Source of the DNA: Longimicrobiales bacterium
GTDB taxonomy: Bacteria; Gemmatimonadota; Gemmatimonadetes; Longimicrobiales; Gaopeijiaceae
Length of the DNA stretch: 64,000 nucleotides
Assembly: GCA_965202805.1 (NCBI GenBank)
Contig: OZ241869.1
Coordinates: 576,001 to 640,000, forward strand
Reading direction: 5' to 3'
The notes under the pieces are model-generated. The model searched no databases. It was not told the DNA's origin and was given only the letters and a program-made list of their open reading frames with translations. The position numbers and the translations under genes are program-made. Below, one piece after another: positions 11,141 through 22,400 of this stretch (position 1 is its first letter; every line of letters begins with the position of its first letter).

Positions 11141-11799
11141 CGCCGACGCTGCGCGAGGACGGCCCCATCGTGCTGGCGGGTCCCACCGGTGTGGGCAAGA
11201 CCACCGTGGCGCGCGCGCTGGCCGTGGACCGGGACCGCTTCGTCTTCTCGGTCTCCGCGACCACCCGCCGCCCGCGCCCGGGGGAGCGCGATGGCGACGA
11301 TTACGAGTTCGTGTCGCCGGAGGAGTTCGAGCGCATGGTGAACGCGGACGAACTCGCGGAATGGGCGCAGGTGCACGACCACCTGTACGGGACCCCGCGG
11401 CGCAATCTGGCGGGCCGCGACGGGCGCCGCGTGCTGCTGGACATCGACGTCCAGGGCGCCGCCCAGGTGCGCCGCAACGTCCCGTCGGCGGTGAGCGTCT
11501 TCCTGCTGCCGCCCTCGCTCGAGACGTTGCTGGCGCGGCTTACGGGACGCGGAACCGAGCCGCGGGACGAGGTCGCCCGGCGGCTGCGGGTGGCGCGCGG
11601 CGAGCTGGCCCGGGTGCCGGAATTCGATCATGTGCTGGTCAACGACGACCTGGACGCGACGGTCGAGGCGGTGCGGGATATCGCGGGCGCGGGCGGGACC
11701 GGAGCCGGGTCGATGCGCGGGGGGAGGGAGGCGGCGGAGTCGCTCCGCCGGAGGATCGATACCCTTCTCACGCGAGATTTCGATACCTTACATGGATAA
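11137..11799 (+). CDS. gmk: Guanylate kinase
   Basis: GPTGVGKTT, SATTRRPRPGERDG, YGTP, LDIDVQGA; GTG overlaps the yicC stop. Confidence 0.95.
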   Translation: MTPTLREDGPIVLAGPTGVGKTTVARALAVDRDRFVFSVSATTRRPRPGERDGDDYEFVSPEEFERMVNADELAEWAQVHDHLYGTPRRNLAGRDGRRVLLDIDVQGAAQVRRNVPSAVSVFLLPPSLETLLARLTGRGTEPRDEVARRLRVARGELARVPEFDHVLVNDDLDATVEAVRDIAGAGGTGAGSMRGGREAAESLRRRIDTLLTRDFDTLHG

Positions 11800-11820
11800 C
11801 CTCATCTCTGGAGAAGACAG

Positions 11821-12033
11821 ATGCGCGTGTTTACGCCCCAGGAAGTCGCCGAGCCCGCCATGAGCAAGTACCTGGGCGTCCTGATCGCCGCGAAGTACGC
11901 GCGGGAGCTCAACGCGATGCCGCGCGAGGCGATGCCCATGGACGAAAAGAAGCTCACCACGAAGGCGCTCGAGGCGCTGACTTCCGACCACATCGAGTAC
12001 CGGCTGCAGTTCCGGAGCCACGGCGCGGAATAG
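11821..12033 (+). CDS. rpoZ: RNA polymerase omega subunit
   Basis: SKYLGVLIAAKYARELN; gmk-rpoZ-coaBC synteny. Confidence 0.85.
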   Translation: MRVFTPQEVAEPAMSKYLGVLIAAKYARELNAMPREAMPMDEKKLTTKALEALTSDHIEYRLQFRSHGAE

Positions 12034-12052
12034 CCCCGGGGAGGCCTGGTCG

Positions 12053-13306
12053 GTGTCCGGCGCGCTGGTGCCGCGGCGCCCCTGGCGCGGTCGCCGGATC
12101 GTCCTGGGGGTCGCCGGGGGGATCGCCGCGTACAAGTCCGTCCAGCTCGGGCGCGACCTCACCCGGCTGGGCGCGCAGGTGGATGTCGTGCTCACCAGGG
12201 GCGCGGGCCGGTTCGTCACCCCGCTCAGCTTCGAAGCGCTCACCGGGCGCGGGGTCCTGACCGAACTCTTCTCGGCCGAGGGGGCGGCCATGCACATCCG
12301 GCTGGGCGCCGAGGCCGACGCCGTCTGCGTGGCTCCCGCGACCGCCGACTTCATCGCGCGGGCGGCCGCCGGCCGGGCGGACGATCTGCTCACGACCACC
12401 CTCCTGGCCACGCGCGCCCCGGTGCTGATCTGCCCGGCCATGAACGACCGCATGTACGCGCACCCGCAGACCGCCCGCAACCTCGCATACCTGCAGGAAG
12501 AGCTGGGCTACGCGGTGGCGGGTCCCGCGACCGGACCGCTCGCGTTCGGGGAGGGGGAGGGGCCGGGCCGCATGCTCGAACCTCACGACATCGTCGAGCA
12601 TGTGGGGCGGGCGCTCGAACACGACCCCTTCCTGGCGGGCAGGAAGGTCCTGATCACGACCGGCCCGACCTGGGAGCCCGTCGACCCGGTCCGGTTCGTC
12701 GGCAATCGCTCGTCGGGGAGGATGGGGCACGCGCTCGCCCGCGCGGCCTGGCGGCGGGGCGCCTGGGTGATGCTGGTGTCCGGTCCCACCCACCTGGCGC
12801 GCCCGCCCGGCGTGCAGCGCACCCGGGTCGCCACCGCGCGCGAGATGCTGGACGCCGTATCCGGGGCGATCCCGCGCGCGGACGTGGTGATCTTCGCGGC
12901 TGCCGTCGCCGACTACCGCCCCGCGCGCGCCCGCGGCAGCAAGATCAAGCGCGGCCGCGAAGGCGATTCCATGTCGATGGAACTGACCGCCAACCCCGAC
13001 GTGGCGCTGGACACCATTCCGCTGCGCAAGGCGGGGGCGAGGGTGGTGGGCTTCGCGCTCGAGACCGACGACCTGCTCGCCCGGGCGCGGAGCAAGATGG
13101 AGCGCAAGGCGTTCGACCTGGTGGTCGCCAACCACGCCCGTGGTCCCGGCGGCGGTCCCTTCGGCGAACGCAACGCCGTGACGCTGCTGGCCCCCGACGG
13201 CGCCGCCGAGGAGCTGCCGGTCATGCCCAAGGACGACATCGCGGAAGCCGTCCTCGACCGGTTGGAGGGCGTCCCCGCGCCCCGCTTCTCCGGGGCTTCG
13301 TCGTGA
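12053..13306 (+). CDS. coaBC: Phosphopantothenoylcysteine decarboxylase/ligase
   Basis: GVAGGIAAYK, PAMN, DPVRFVGNRSSGRMG, AAVADY, VGFALE. Confidence 0.95.
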   Translation: MSGALVPRRPWRGRRIVLGVAGGIAAYKSVQLGRDLTRLGAQVDVVLTRGAGRFVTPLSFEALTGRGVLTELFSAEGAAMHIRLGAEADAVCVAPATADFIARAAAGRADDLLTTTLLATRAPVLICPAMNDRMYAHPQTARNLAYLQEELGYAVAGPATGPLAFGEGEGPGRMLEPHDIVEHVGRALEHDPFLAGRKVLITTGPTWEPVDPVRFVGNRSSGRMGHALARAAWRRGAWVMLVSGPTHLARPPGVQRTRVATAREMLDAVSGAIPRADVVIFAAAVADYRPARARGSKIKRGREGDSMSMELTANPDVALDTIPLRKAGARVVGFALETDDLLARARSKMERKAFDLVVANHARGPGGGPFGERNAVTLLAPDGAAEELPVMPKDDIAEAVLDRLEGVPAPRFSGASS

Positions 13307-13321
13307 GCCCCCGCGCGGCGC

Positions 13322-14044
13322 GTGGATAGGCAATCCCTGGCCCGCTACCTGAGCCAGCGGCGCGAGCTGGGTGAGGGCGACATGGTGCTGAGCCGTCTGA
13401 GCGCCGACGAGGCGCTCACGCTGGCCCGCGCCCGCCCGGAGGCCCAGGCCGGCGAAACGTCGCTCCCGCTCTCAAGCGACTACGAGGAGGTTCGCCGCAC
13501 GGCGCTCGCCTGTGAGCGCTGCCGGCTTGCCGGGGGCCGCACGCAGGTCGTCTTCTCCGACGGGAACCCGCGGGGCAGGCTGGTCGTGATCGGCGAGGCG
13601 CCGGGCGCGCACGAGGATCGCACCGGGCTGCCTTTCGTGGGCCGGGCGGGCAAACTGCTCGATCTGCTGCTGGCGTCGATCGATCTCTCGCGCAAGGACT
13701 CGGTCTACATCTGCAACGTCCTCAAGTGCCGGCCCCCGGCAAACCGCAACCCGCTTCCCGACGAAATCGAGGCCTGCACCCCCTACCTCGAGCGGCAGAT
13801 CGAGCTGGTGGCTCCGGAGGTCATCCTGGCGGTGGGCGGATTCGCCGCGCAGTTCATCACCGGACGCCAGGTTGCTCTGGGCAAGCTCCGGGGCGAGATA
13901 TACGATTACAGGGGCGTGCCCGCGGTGGTCACCTATCACCCGGCGGCGCTGCTCCGGAACCGCAACTGGACGCAGCCCGTGTGGGACGACCTCCAGCTGC
14001 TGCGGAACACGATGGACCGCACCGGCCGGTCCGGCGGCGGGTAG
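13322..14044 (+). CDS. Uracil-DNA glycosylase family 4
   Basis: [33 protein letters not shown]. Confidence 0.93.
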   Translation: MDRQSLARYLSQRRELGEGDMVLSRLSADEALTLARARPEAQAGETSLPLSSDYEEVRRTALACERCRLAGGRTQVVFSDGNPRGRLVVIGEAPGAHEDRTGLPFVGRAGKLLDLLLASIDLSRKDSVYICNVLKCRPPANRNPLPDEIEACTPYLERQIELVAPEVILAVGGFAAQFITGRQVALGKLRGEIYDYRGVPAVVTYHPAALLRNRNWTQPVWDDLQLLRNTMDRTGRSGGG

Positions 14045-14091
14045 GCTCGCCCCTCGTCCTTCGACCGCTCACATACAACCGCCGAGGCACC

Positions 14092-15528
14092 CTGAGTACC
14101 ACCGTTCTTTCCGTCGCACAGGACCAGGCGCCCGCCTACGACCGCCAGCCGCCGGTATCGCTGGAGGCCGAAGTGGCGGTGCTGGGGGGAATGCTCATCG
14201 ACCGCGACGCGGTGGCGCGCGCGGTCGAAGTCGTCGCGGATACGATGTTCGCCTCGGAGGCCAACCGGCGCATCTACCGCGCCGTCGTGCGCCTGTTCGA
14301 GCGCGGCGACGCGGTCGACGTCATCGTCGTCAGCGACGAACTGCGCAAGACCGAGGAGCTGGAGGCGGCCGGAGGCTACGACTACCTCGCCGAGCTGCTG
14401 GACGCGGTCCCCACTGCCGCGAACATCGAGCACCATGCGCGCATCGTGCGCGACAAGGCGCTGCTGCGCCGCCTCATCGACGCCTCCTCGCACATCATCC
14501 GGGATGTCTACGATCAGGGCGAACGCTCCGTCGAGCAGCTCGTGGACGAGGCCGAGCAGCGCATCTTCCAGGTGGCCAGCGGGCACGACCGCGAGGGCTT
14601 CGTCCGCATCAAGGAACTGCTCTGGCCCGCCTTCGAGCACATCGAGCGACTGCAGGAAGCCAGGGGCGAACTCACCGGGGTGGCGACCGGATTCACCCTG
14701 CTGGACTATCTCACCGGCGGCCTGCAGAAGGGCAATCTTGTGATCGTCGCCGGACGGCCGTCCATGGGGAAGACCTCCTGGGCGTTGAACGTGGCCCGGC
14801 ACGCGGCGCGTGAAGAGGTTGCCGTGGGCGTGTTTTCCCTGGAGATGTCGAACGAGGAGCTGGTACAGCGGCTGCTGTGCTCCGATGGTCCGGTGGATGC
14901 GCAGAGACTGCGCCGGGGCGAGCTCACCACCACGGAAATGCAGAGGCTGGCTGCCGCCGCCGGACACCTCAACACGGCTTCCATCTGGATCGACGACTCC
15001 CCGGGCAACACCGTACTCGAGGTGCGCGCCAAGGCCCGCCGCCTCAAGGCCGAGAGCCGGCTCGGGCTGCTGGTGATCGACTATCTGCAGCTGATGGCCG
15101 GGTCGCGGAACAGCGAGAACCGGCAGCAGGAGGTGAGCGAGATCTCCCGCGGCCTCAAGGCGCTGGCCAAGGAACTGGACGTGCCGATCGTGGCGTTGAG
15201 CCAGCTCAGCCGGGCCCCGGAGCAGCGCGCCGACCATCGGCCGCAGCTGTCCGATCTGCGCGAGAGCGGGAGCATCGAACAGGACGCCGACCTGGTCATG
15301 TTCCTCTACCGGCCGGAGTACTACGCCGAGACCGACCGCGACGGCAACTCGCTGGCGGGCAAGGCCGAGCTGATCGTGAGCAAGCAGCGCAACGGCCCCA
15401 CCGGGGTCGTCCCGCTCCACTTCGACAGTGCCCATGCGCGCTTCCTGCCCGTCGCGGCGGAGGAGACCAGCACCGCCCCACCCACCCCGGGTGGACGCAG
15501 CGGCGCGCCGGGCGGATTCCAGGGGTGA
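14092..15528 (+). CDS. dnaB: Replicative DNA helicase
   Basis: PPVSLEAEVAVLG, GRPSMGKT, IDYLQL, LSQLSR, DLRESGSIEQDAD, KQRNGP. Start uncertain; CTG at 14092 follows a GAGG. Confidence 0.95.
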   Translation: MSTTVLSVAQDQAPAYDRQPPVSLEAEVAVLGGMLIDRDAVARAVEVVADTMFASEANRRIYRAVVRLFERGDAVDVIVVSDELRKTEELEAAGGYDYLAELLDAVPTAANIEHHARIVRDKALLRRLIDASSHIIRDVYDQGERSVEQLVDEAEQRIFQVASGHDREGFVRIKELLWPAFEHIERLQEARGELTGVATGFTLLDYLTGGLQKGNLVIVAGRPSMGKTSWALNVARHAAREEVAVGVFSLEMSNEELVQRLLCSDGPVDAQRLRRGELTTTEMQRLAAAAGHLNTASIWIDDSPGNTVLEVRAKARRLKAESRLGLLVIDYLQLMAGSRNSENRQQEVSEISRGLKALAKELDVPIVALSQLSRAPEQRADHRPQLSDLRESGSIEQDADLVMFLYRPEYYAETDRDGNSLAGKAELIVSKQRNGPTGVVPLHFDSAHARFLPVAAEETSTAPPTPGGRSGAPGGFQG

Positions 15529-16238
15529 ACCCGGGCGGCCGGCGGCCTCCCTGCCGGGCCGGAGTCGCCGTGCCGGCGGCGGGCGCGGGCCGGCGCATGG
15601 GAGGGGTGCGCAAGGCTTTTCTGGAGCTCGGCGGGCAGCCCGTCCTGCTGCGCGCCATCCGTCCCTTTCTGGAGACCCCCGGGGTGGAATGCGTGGCTGT
15701 GGCCCTCCCCCCCGACCGGGCCGCGCGTCCTCCGGCGTGGCTGACCCGCGCCGACCGCCGCGTCCGGGTGGTCGCGGGAGGGGCCACCCGGGGCGCGTCG
15801 GTGGCGGCGGCGGTGGCCGCCCTCCCGCCGGGGGTGGACGTGGTGCTGGTGCACGACGGCGCCCGGCCGCTGGTGACGCGCGGCCTGGTGGAGCGCTGCC
15901 TGTCCGCGGCCGCCGCCGGAAGGGCGGTTGTGGCCGGCGTGCCGGCGGTGGACACCCTGAAGGAGGTCGACGCGCGCGGACGGGTGGTTCGCACTCCCCC
16001 GCGCGGGCGCTACTGGCACGCCCAGACCCCCCAGGCCTTCCCGCGGCCTCTTCTGGAACGCGCCTACCGCCGGGCGCGCGAGAACGGGGTGGAGGGCACG
16101 GACGACGCCTCGCTGGTGGAACTCCTCGGCGGCGAGATCGAGATGGTCGATGGGTCGCCGCGCAACCTGAAGGTCACCCGCCCGGAGGATCTCGTCCTGG
16201 CGGAGCGACTGCTCGAGCTGGCCGATGAGGGCGAGTGA
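15525..16238 (+). CDS. ispD: 2-C-methyl-D-erythritol 4-phosphate cytidylyltransferase
   Basis: PAAGAGRRMG, LVHDGARP, QTPQAF, TDDASL, NLKVT. Confidence 0.93.
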   Translation: MNPGGRRPPCRAGVAVPAAGAGRRMGGVRKAFLELGGQPVLLRAIRPFLETPGVECVAVALPPDRAARPPAWLTRADRRVRVVAGGATRGASVAAAVAALPPGVDVVLVHDGARPLVTRGLVERCLSAAAAGRAVVAGVPAVDTLKEVDARGRVVRTPPRGRYWHAQTPQAFPRPLLERAYRRARENGVEGTDDASLVELLGGEIEMVDGSPRNLKVTRPEDLVLAERLLELADEGE

Positions 16239-17434
16239 GCGCACCGCGCATCATCCCCTGCCGGAACGGACGGCTCCCCGCCCGGGATCTGCGCGAGGTG
16301 GGCCGGCACCTCCGGTCCGGAGGGCTGCTGGCCTATCCGACCGAGACCGTGTACGGGCTGGGCGGGCTGGTCGAGGACGGTCCCCTGCGCGCGTTGGCGG
16401 CGCTCAAGCGGCGCGATGCGGACAAGCCCTTCCTCCTTCTGCTGCCCGGCCCCCGGGCGGCCCCCGGGCTCACCCGGAACCGGTGCGCGCGCAGGCTCGC
16501 GGAGCGCCTGTGGCCCGGGCCGCTCACCATGGTGTTGCCGGATCCGGGGCGCACCTTCCCGGCGCGGGTGCGGGGCGGGAGCGGTGGGGTGGCGGTCCGG
16601 ATGAGCCCGGCCCCGGTGGTGCGGCAGATCCTGGACGAAGTGGGCGCGCCGCTCACCTCCACGAGCGCCAACCCGCCCGGCGGCGCGCCCGCGCTTTCCG
16701 GGAAGGAGGCGTGGGAGGCGGCCCGGGCGCTCGGCGCCGACGAGCGGCTGTGGGTGCTGGATGCCGGCGAGCTCCCCCCGGCGCCGACCTCGACCATCGT
16801 CGATTGCACCGGGCGGGACCCGGTGGTGCTGCGCGCCGGCGCGCTGGATCCGGCGGACATCCGGGAACTGTGTCCCCCGGCGGCGGAGGACGCTGACGTG
16901 GACGATCGTCGGCCGGACGCCAGGGCGATGGACGCCGAAACGGCCGACGTCGCGCCGGAGGCTGCGGACAGGGACGTCCGCCTCCTGTACGTCTGCACCG
17001 GCAACACCTGCCGCAGCCCGATGGCGGAGGTGATCACGCGCGCCCGCGCCGCCCACCGGGAGCTCGGCGGCATCCGCGTCCGGTCCGCCGGCACAATGGC
17101 GTTCGAAGGGTCCCCGGCCTCCGCCGGCGCCCGCACGGCCGTGGGCGAGCGGGGCCTAGATCTGGATCGTCACGCCGCGCGACTGCTCGGCGAGGATGAG
17201 CTGGAGTGGGCGGATATCGTGCTGGTGATGTCGCCGTGGCACCTGGCGGCGGTGGAGGCGCTGAGCCGGGGCCGCTTCTACGCGGAGGTGATCACCGAGT
17301 TTGCGGGTGACCTGGCTGATGGGGTCGCGGACCCCTTCGGCGGAAGCGATGAGCACTACCGGGAGACCTGCGCGCAGCTCGGGCGGCTGGTCGAGGCCGT
17401 GCTCGACCGTCTCGAACCGGGAACGGACGCGTGA
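16235..17434 (+). CDS. Fusion of threonylcarbamoyl-AMP synthase (TsaC/Sua5) and a low-molecular-weight protein phosphatase
   Basis: N-terminal YPTETVYGL, WPGPLT, STSAN; C-terminal CTGNTCRS, SAG, DPFG; one continuous ORF. Confidence 0.88.
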   Translation: MSAPRIIPCRNGRLPARDLREVGRHLRSGGLLAYPTETVYGLGGLVEDGPLRALAALKRRDADKPFLLLLPGPRAAPGLTRNRCARRLAERLWPGPLTMVLPDPGRTFPARVRGGSGGVAVRMSPAPVVRQILDEVGAPLTSTSANPPGGAPALSGKEAWEAARALGADERLWVLDAGELPPAPTSTIVDCTGRDPVVLRAGALDPADIRELCPPAAEDADVDDRRPDARAMDAETADVAPEAADRDVRLLYVCTGNTCRSPMAEVITRARAAHRELGGIRVRSAGTMAFEGSPASAGARTAVGERGLDLDRHAARLLGEDELEWADIVLVMSPWHLAAVEALSRGRFYAEVITEFAGDLADGVADPFGGSDEHYRETCAQLGRLVEAVLDRLEPGTDA

Positions 17435-18300
17435 GCGGCGAAGGAGGCGCCGTGACGCCGCCGGCCGTCCCTCGAGGCGGCACGCGCGTCTTCGCCGTCC
17501 TCGGCAACCCGGTGGCGCACTCGCTCTCGCCCGCGATCCAGACCGCGGCGCTCCGTGCCGCCGGCCTCGACGGCCGGTACGTGGCGATCGCCTGCCAGCC
17601 GGAGGATGTCGCCCCGGTGATGCGCACGCTGGCGCGGGCGGGCGGCGGCGGCAACGTGACCGTGCCGCACAAGCGGCGGGCGGTGGCCGCGCTCGACGCC
17701 GCGGCCGCCGCGGTCGCACGGACGGGCGCGTGCAACACCTTCTGGGGCGAGGGCGCGCGCATCCGCGGGGACAACACCGACGTGGAGGGTGCGCGCCGCG
17801 CCGTGCGCGCGCTGCTGTCGGGGCCCGCCCGGGGCGCCCGCGTGCTGCTGGCCGGGGCCGGGGGCGGTGCGCGCGCCGCGGTCGCGGCCCTCATCGACGA
17901 AGACGCCTCGGAGGTACAGGTTCTCAATCGCACCCTCGCGCGGGCGCGGGCCATGGCCGGCGAAGTCGGCGACGCGCGGGTGCGCGTGGTTTCCGACGCC
18001 CGGACCCTGGAAGGGCAGGCCTTCGACCTGGTCCTGAACGCAACCTCCCTCGGGCTGCGGGCGGACGATCCCCTCGTGGTCGACCTCGCTCGGCTCGGAC
18101 CGGTCGGGGCCGTCATGGACATGGTCTACGCTCCCTCCGGAACCCGCCTCACCGCCGCCGCCGCGGCGCGCGGCATCCCCGCCATGGACGGAAGCGAGAT
18201 GCTCCTGCGCCAGGGCGCCGCCGCCTTCGAGCTCTGGTGGGGGTGCGAAGCTCCGCTCGCCGCCATGCGCGAGGCCCTGGAGCGGGGGCGCACGGCATGA
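17431..18300 (+). CDS. aroE: Shikimate dehydrogenase
   Basis: HSLSP, NVTVPHK, NTD, GAGGGARA, NATSLG. Confidence 0.92.
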   Translation: MSGEGGAVTPPAVPRGGTRVFAVLGNPVAHSLSPAIQTAALRAAGLDGRYVAIACQPEDVAPVMRTLARAGGGGNVTVPHKRRAVAALDAAAAAVARTGACNTFWGEGARIRGDNTDVEGARRAVRALLSGPARGARVLLAGAGGGARAAVAALIDEDASEVQVLNRTLARARAMAGEVGDARVRVVSDARTLEGQAFDLVLNATSLGLRADDPLVVDLARLGPVGAVMDMVYAPSGTRLTAAAAARGIPAMDGSEMLLRQGAAAFELWWGCEAPLAAMREALERGRTA

Positions 18301-19061
18301 GGATGGCGCCGCCCACCGCGACGCGCCGCAGCGCGGTCCGGGGCGCCCTCGCCCCGCTCGTCGACTTCCTGCTCCCCAGCGCCTGCATCGCGTGCGGCTC
18401 GCGCATCGCGGGCGGCGGCCTGGTGTGCGCGCCCTGCCGGGGGCGGCTGCGCCCTCCTCCGGCCCCGCGCTGTGAGCGCTGCGACTATCCGGCGGGCACC
18501 GGCCATCGGCCCGGGCGGCCCTGCCTGGAGTGCCTGGACTGGCCCGAGGCGCTCCGCCTGGCCCGTTCCGCGGTCGCGCTGCGCCCGCCGGCGGACGTCC
18601 TCGTGCACGGCCTCAAGTACGAGGGCTGGCGCGAACTCGCGCCCCTGATGGCCGAGCTCATGGAGCGCCGCCTGCCGACCGCGCTCGACGATCTGGACGA
18701 GCACGTCATCACCTGCGTCCCGACCTCCGCCGCCCACCGCCGGCGCCGGGGTTACGACCAGGCGGAGCTGCTGGCCCGCGCGCTCGCCGCGCGCACCGGC
18801 CTGCCGTTCGCGCACCTGCTCGCGCGCCGCCGCCAGAAGCGGACCCAGGTCTCGCTGCATCCCCAGCAGCGCATGGCCAACGTGCGCGACGCCTTCTCGC
18901 TCCGGTCCGGCGCCGGGCCGCCGGCCGGCTGCCGCGACGTGCTCCTGGTCGACGACGTGCTGACCACCGGCGCCACCGCCCGGGCGGCCGCCGAGACGCT
19001 CGCCCGCGCCGGGGTGGGCCGGGTTGCGCTGGTCACCTTCGCACGGGCTCTTCCGCGTTAG
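18297..19061 (+). CDS. ComF family protein (zinc ribbon plus PRTase)
   Basis: Paired CxxC motifs, LKY, RGYDQA, LLVDDVLTTGAT. Confidence 0.9.
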   Translation: MRMAPPTATRRSAVRGALAPLVDFLLPSACIACGSRIAGGGLVCAPCRGRLRPPPAPRCERCDYPAGTGHRPGRPCLECLDWPEALRLARSAVALRPPADVLVHGLKYEGWRELAPLMAELMERRLPTALDDLDEHVITCVPTSAAHRRRRGYDQAELLARALAARTGLPFAHLLARRRQKRTQVSLHPQQRMANVRDAFSLRSGAGPPAGCRDVLLVDDVLTTGATARAAAETLARAGVGRVALVTFARALPR

Positions 19062-19152
19062 TTTGTTCCTGGAACTCTGACCCGCCAGCGGGGTGCGTCC
19101 GGGCAGATTCCCCAAGGAAGCATCAGACACGCCCCGGGAGACAACGCCATCC

Positions 19153-20181
<1,029 letters not shown>

Positions 20182-20306
20182 TCACGCCCGGCCCCGCAAC
20201 CAGGACACCCCGGTCCCGGCGAGCGAGTGGGCATCCTCCCCCGGCTCCTGGCGGAAGGGCATCGCACGCCCCCCGGAGGGAACCGGGACATCCCGGCCCG
20301 GCCGCG

Positions 20307-21506
20307 ATGCGCAAGAAGACCCTGAAGGACCTCGTCGCGCGCGAGGGCGACCGCATCGTGGTGCGCGTGGACTTCAACGTCCCGCTGCGGGACGGGCGGG
20401 TCACGGACGACACCCGCATCGAGCGCACCCTGCCGACCCTCCGCAGGCTCACCGCCACCGGCGCCCGCCTGGTCCTCCTCTCCCATCTGGGCCGCCCCGG
20501 GGGCCGACCGCGCGCGGAGGCCTCCCTCCGGCCGGTCGCGGCGCGGCTGGCCGAGCTGCTCGGCGAGGAGGTGCGCTTCAGCCCCGAGACGACCGGACCG
20601 GAAGCGCTGGCGCGCGCCGGCACACTCGCTCCGGGCGAGATCCTGATGGCCGAGAACACCCGCTTCCTCGAGGGCGAAACGCGCAACGACGCCGAGCTGG
20701 CCAGCGCGTTCGCCGCGCTCGGCAACCACTTCGTGAACGACGCCTTCGGGACGGCGCACCGGGCGCACGCCTCCACCGCCGGCCTGGCCCGGGCGATGCG
20801 CGCCGGGGGTGGGGAGGCGGTGGCGGGGCTGCTCCTTGAACGCGAAATCCGCTTCCTGGGCGAGGCGCTGGAGGATCCCGGGCGTCCCTTCGCGGCGGTC
20901 CTGGGGGGCGCCAAGGTATCGGACAAGATCGCCGTCATCGAGAAGATGCTCGCGCGGGCCGACCGGCTGCTGGTCGGCGGCGCGATGGCCAACACCTTCT
21001 TCCGGGCGCTGGGGCTCGAGACCGGCCGGTCCCTCGTGGATGAGGGAGGGGTGGATCTCGCGGCCCGGCTGATGGACCGCGCCGGCGACCGCATGATGCT
21101 GCCCGTGGACTGCGTGGTCGCGCGCCGCATCGCCCCCGACGCGGTCACCCGTGAAGTGCCCCGGGCCGAGGTCGGAGCCGACGACCGCATCGGCGACATC
21201 GGCAGCGCGAGCCGGCGCTTGTTCGCGGGCGAACTGAGGCAGGCCCGCACCATCGTCTGGAACGGACCCATGGGCGTAAGCGAGATGTCGCCGTTCGCGG
21301 GCGGCACCGTCGGCGTCGCGCGATCGGTGGCGGACGCAGCCGCCTCCGGGGCGCTGACCATCGCCGGAGGGGGAGACTCCGCGGCCGCCGTGCATGCCGC
21401 CGGGCTCGCCGATCGATTCACCCACGTATCCACCGGCGGGGGCGCCTCGCTGGCGTTCCTGGCGGGCCGGACCCTCCCCGGGGTGGAGGCGCTCTCGGAC
21501 GCGTAG
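20307..21506 (+). CDS. pgk: Phosphoglycerate kinase
   Basis: VRVDFNVP, NDAFGTAHR, GGAKVSDK, STGGGASL. Confidence 0.97.
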   Translation: MRKKTLKDLVAREGDRIVVRVDFNVPLRDGRVTDDTRIERTLPTLRRLTATGARLVLLSHLGRPGGRPRAEASLRPVAARLAELLGEEVRFSPETTGPEALARAGTLAPGEILMAENTRFLEGETRNDAELASAFAALGNHFVNDAFGTAHRAHASTAGLARAMRAGGGEAVAGLLLEREIRFLGEALEDPGRPFAAVLGGAKVSDKIAVIEKMLARADRLLVGGAMANTFFRALGLETGRSLVDEGGVDLAARLMDRAGDRMMLPVDCVVARRIAPDAVTREVPRAEVGADDRIGDIGSASRRLFAGELRQARTIVWNGPMGVSEMSPFAGGTVGVARSVADAAASGALTIAGGGDSAAAVHAAGLADRFTHVSTGGGASLAFLAGRTLPGVEALSDA

Positions 21507-21557
21507 GAATCCGGGCGGGCGCCGGACGGGCGCGCGCACACACAAGCTGGAGGCTGC

Positions 21558-22310
21558 ATGAAGAAGCCGGTCATCGCCGGAAACTGGAAGATGTACCACG
21601 CGCCCGGGGACGCCCGCCGATTCTTCGGCGCCTTCCGCCCTTCCTGGTCCGGAACCGAGCCCGAGATCCTGATCTTTCCCGCCGCAATCTCCTTCGCCGC
21701 GGCGCAGTCGGCTCTCCCCCAGCGGCCCCGGGTGCAGCTGGGCGTGCAGAATATCCACCCGGAGCCGCACGGCGCCTTCACGGGAGAGATCTCCGCCCCC
21801 ATGGCCCGGGCGGCGGGGGCCACCCATGCCCTGGCCGGACACTCCGAACGGCGCCACCTGTTCGGCGAGAGCGACGAGGATGCGGCCGCCAGGGCGCGCG
21901 CCGCAGCCGACGCGGGGCTCGTTCCCGTCCTTTGCGTGGGCGAGACCCTTGAGGAGCGCCGGGCCGGCCGGGCCGGAGAGGTCATCGTCCGCCAGCTGGA
22001 CGCCGCACTCGCGGTGCTCACCCCCGCGGACGACGTGATGGTCGCCTACGAGCCGGTGTGGGCGATCGGGACGGGTGAAACCGCGACCCCGTCGGATGCG
22101 ACCGCTGCGCATGGGATCCTGAGGCGCCGCCTGGCGGAGGCCTGGGACGGGGAGCGCGCCAACGCGATACACATCCTCTACGGGGGGAGCGTGAACCCCG
22201 GGAACGCAGCGCAACTGCTGGCCTCTGCCGACATCGACGGCGTGCTGGTGGGCGGAGCGAGCCTCGACCCCGGGTCCTTCGCCCGCATCGCCGAAGCGGT
22301 TCAGCCGTGA
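21558..22310 (+). CDS. tpiA: Triosephosphate isomerase
   Basis: AGNWKM, GHSERR, AYEPVWAIGTG, LVGGASL. Confidence 0.97.
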   Translation: MKKPVIAGNWKMYHAPGDARRFFGAFRPSWSGTEPEILIFPAAISFAAAQSALPQRPRVQLGVQNIHPEPHGAFTGEISAPMARAAGATHALAGHSERRHLFGESDEDAAARARAAADAGLVPVLCVGETLEERRAGRAGEVIVRQLDAALAVLTPADDVMVAYEPVWAIGTGETATPSDATAAHGILRRRLAEAWDGERANAIHILYGGSVNPGNAAQLLASADIDGVLVGGASLDPGSFARIAEAVQP

Positions 22311-22400
22311 ACGGGGCCGGAACCGCTTGACAGTGGAGCGGGCCGGGACGATGGTTTTACGCCGATTCCTCGAACCGGGCGATATAGCCGGATATAGACG

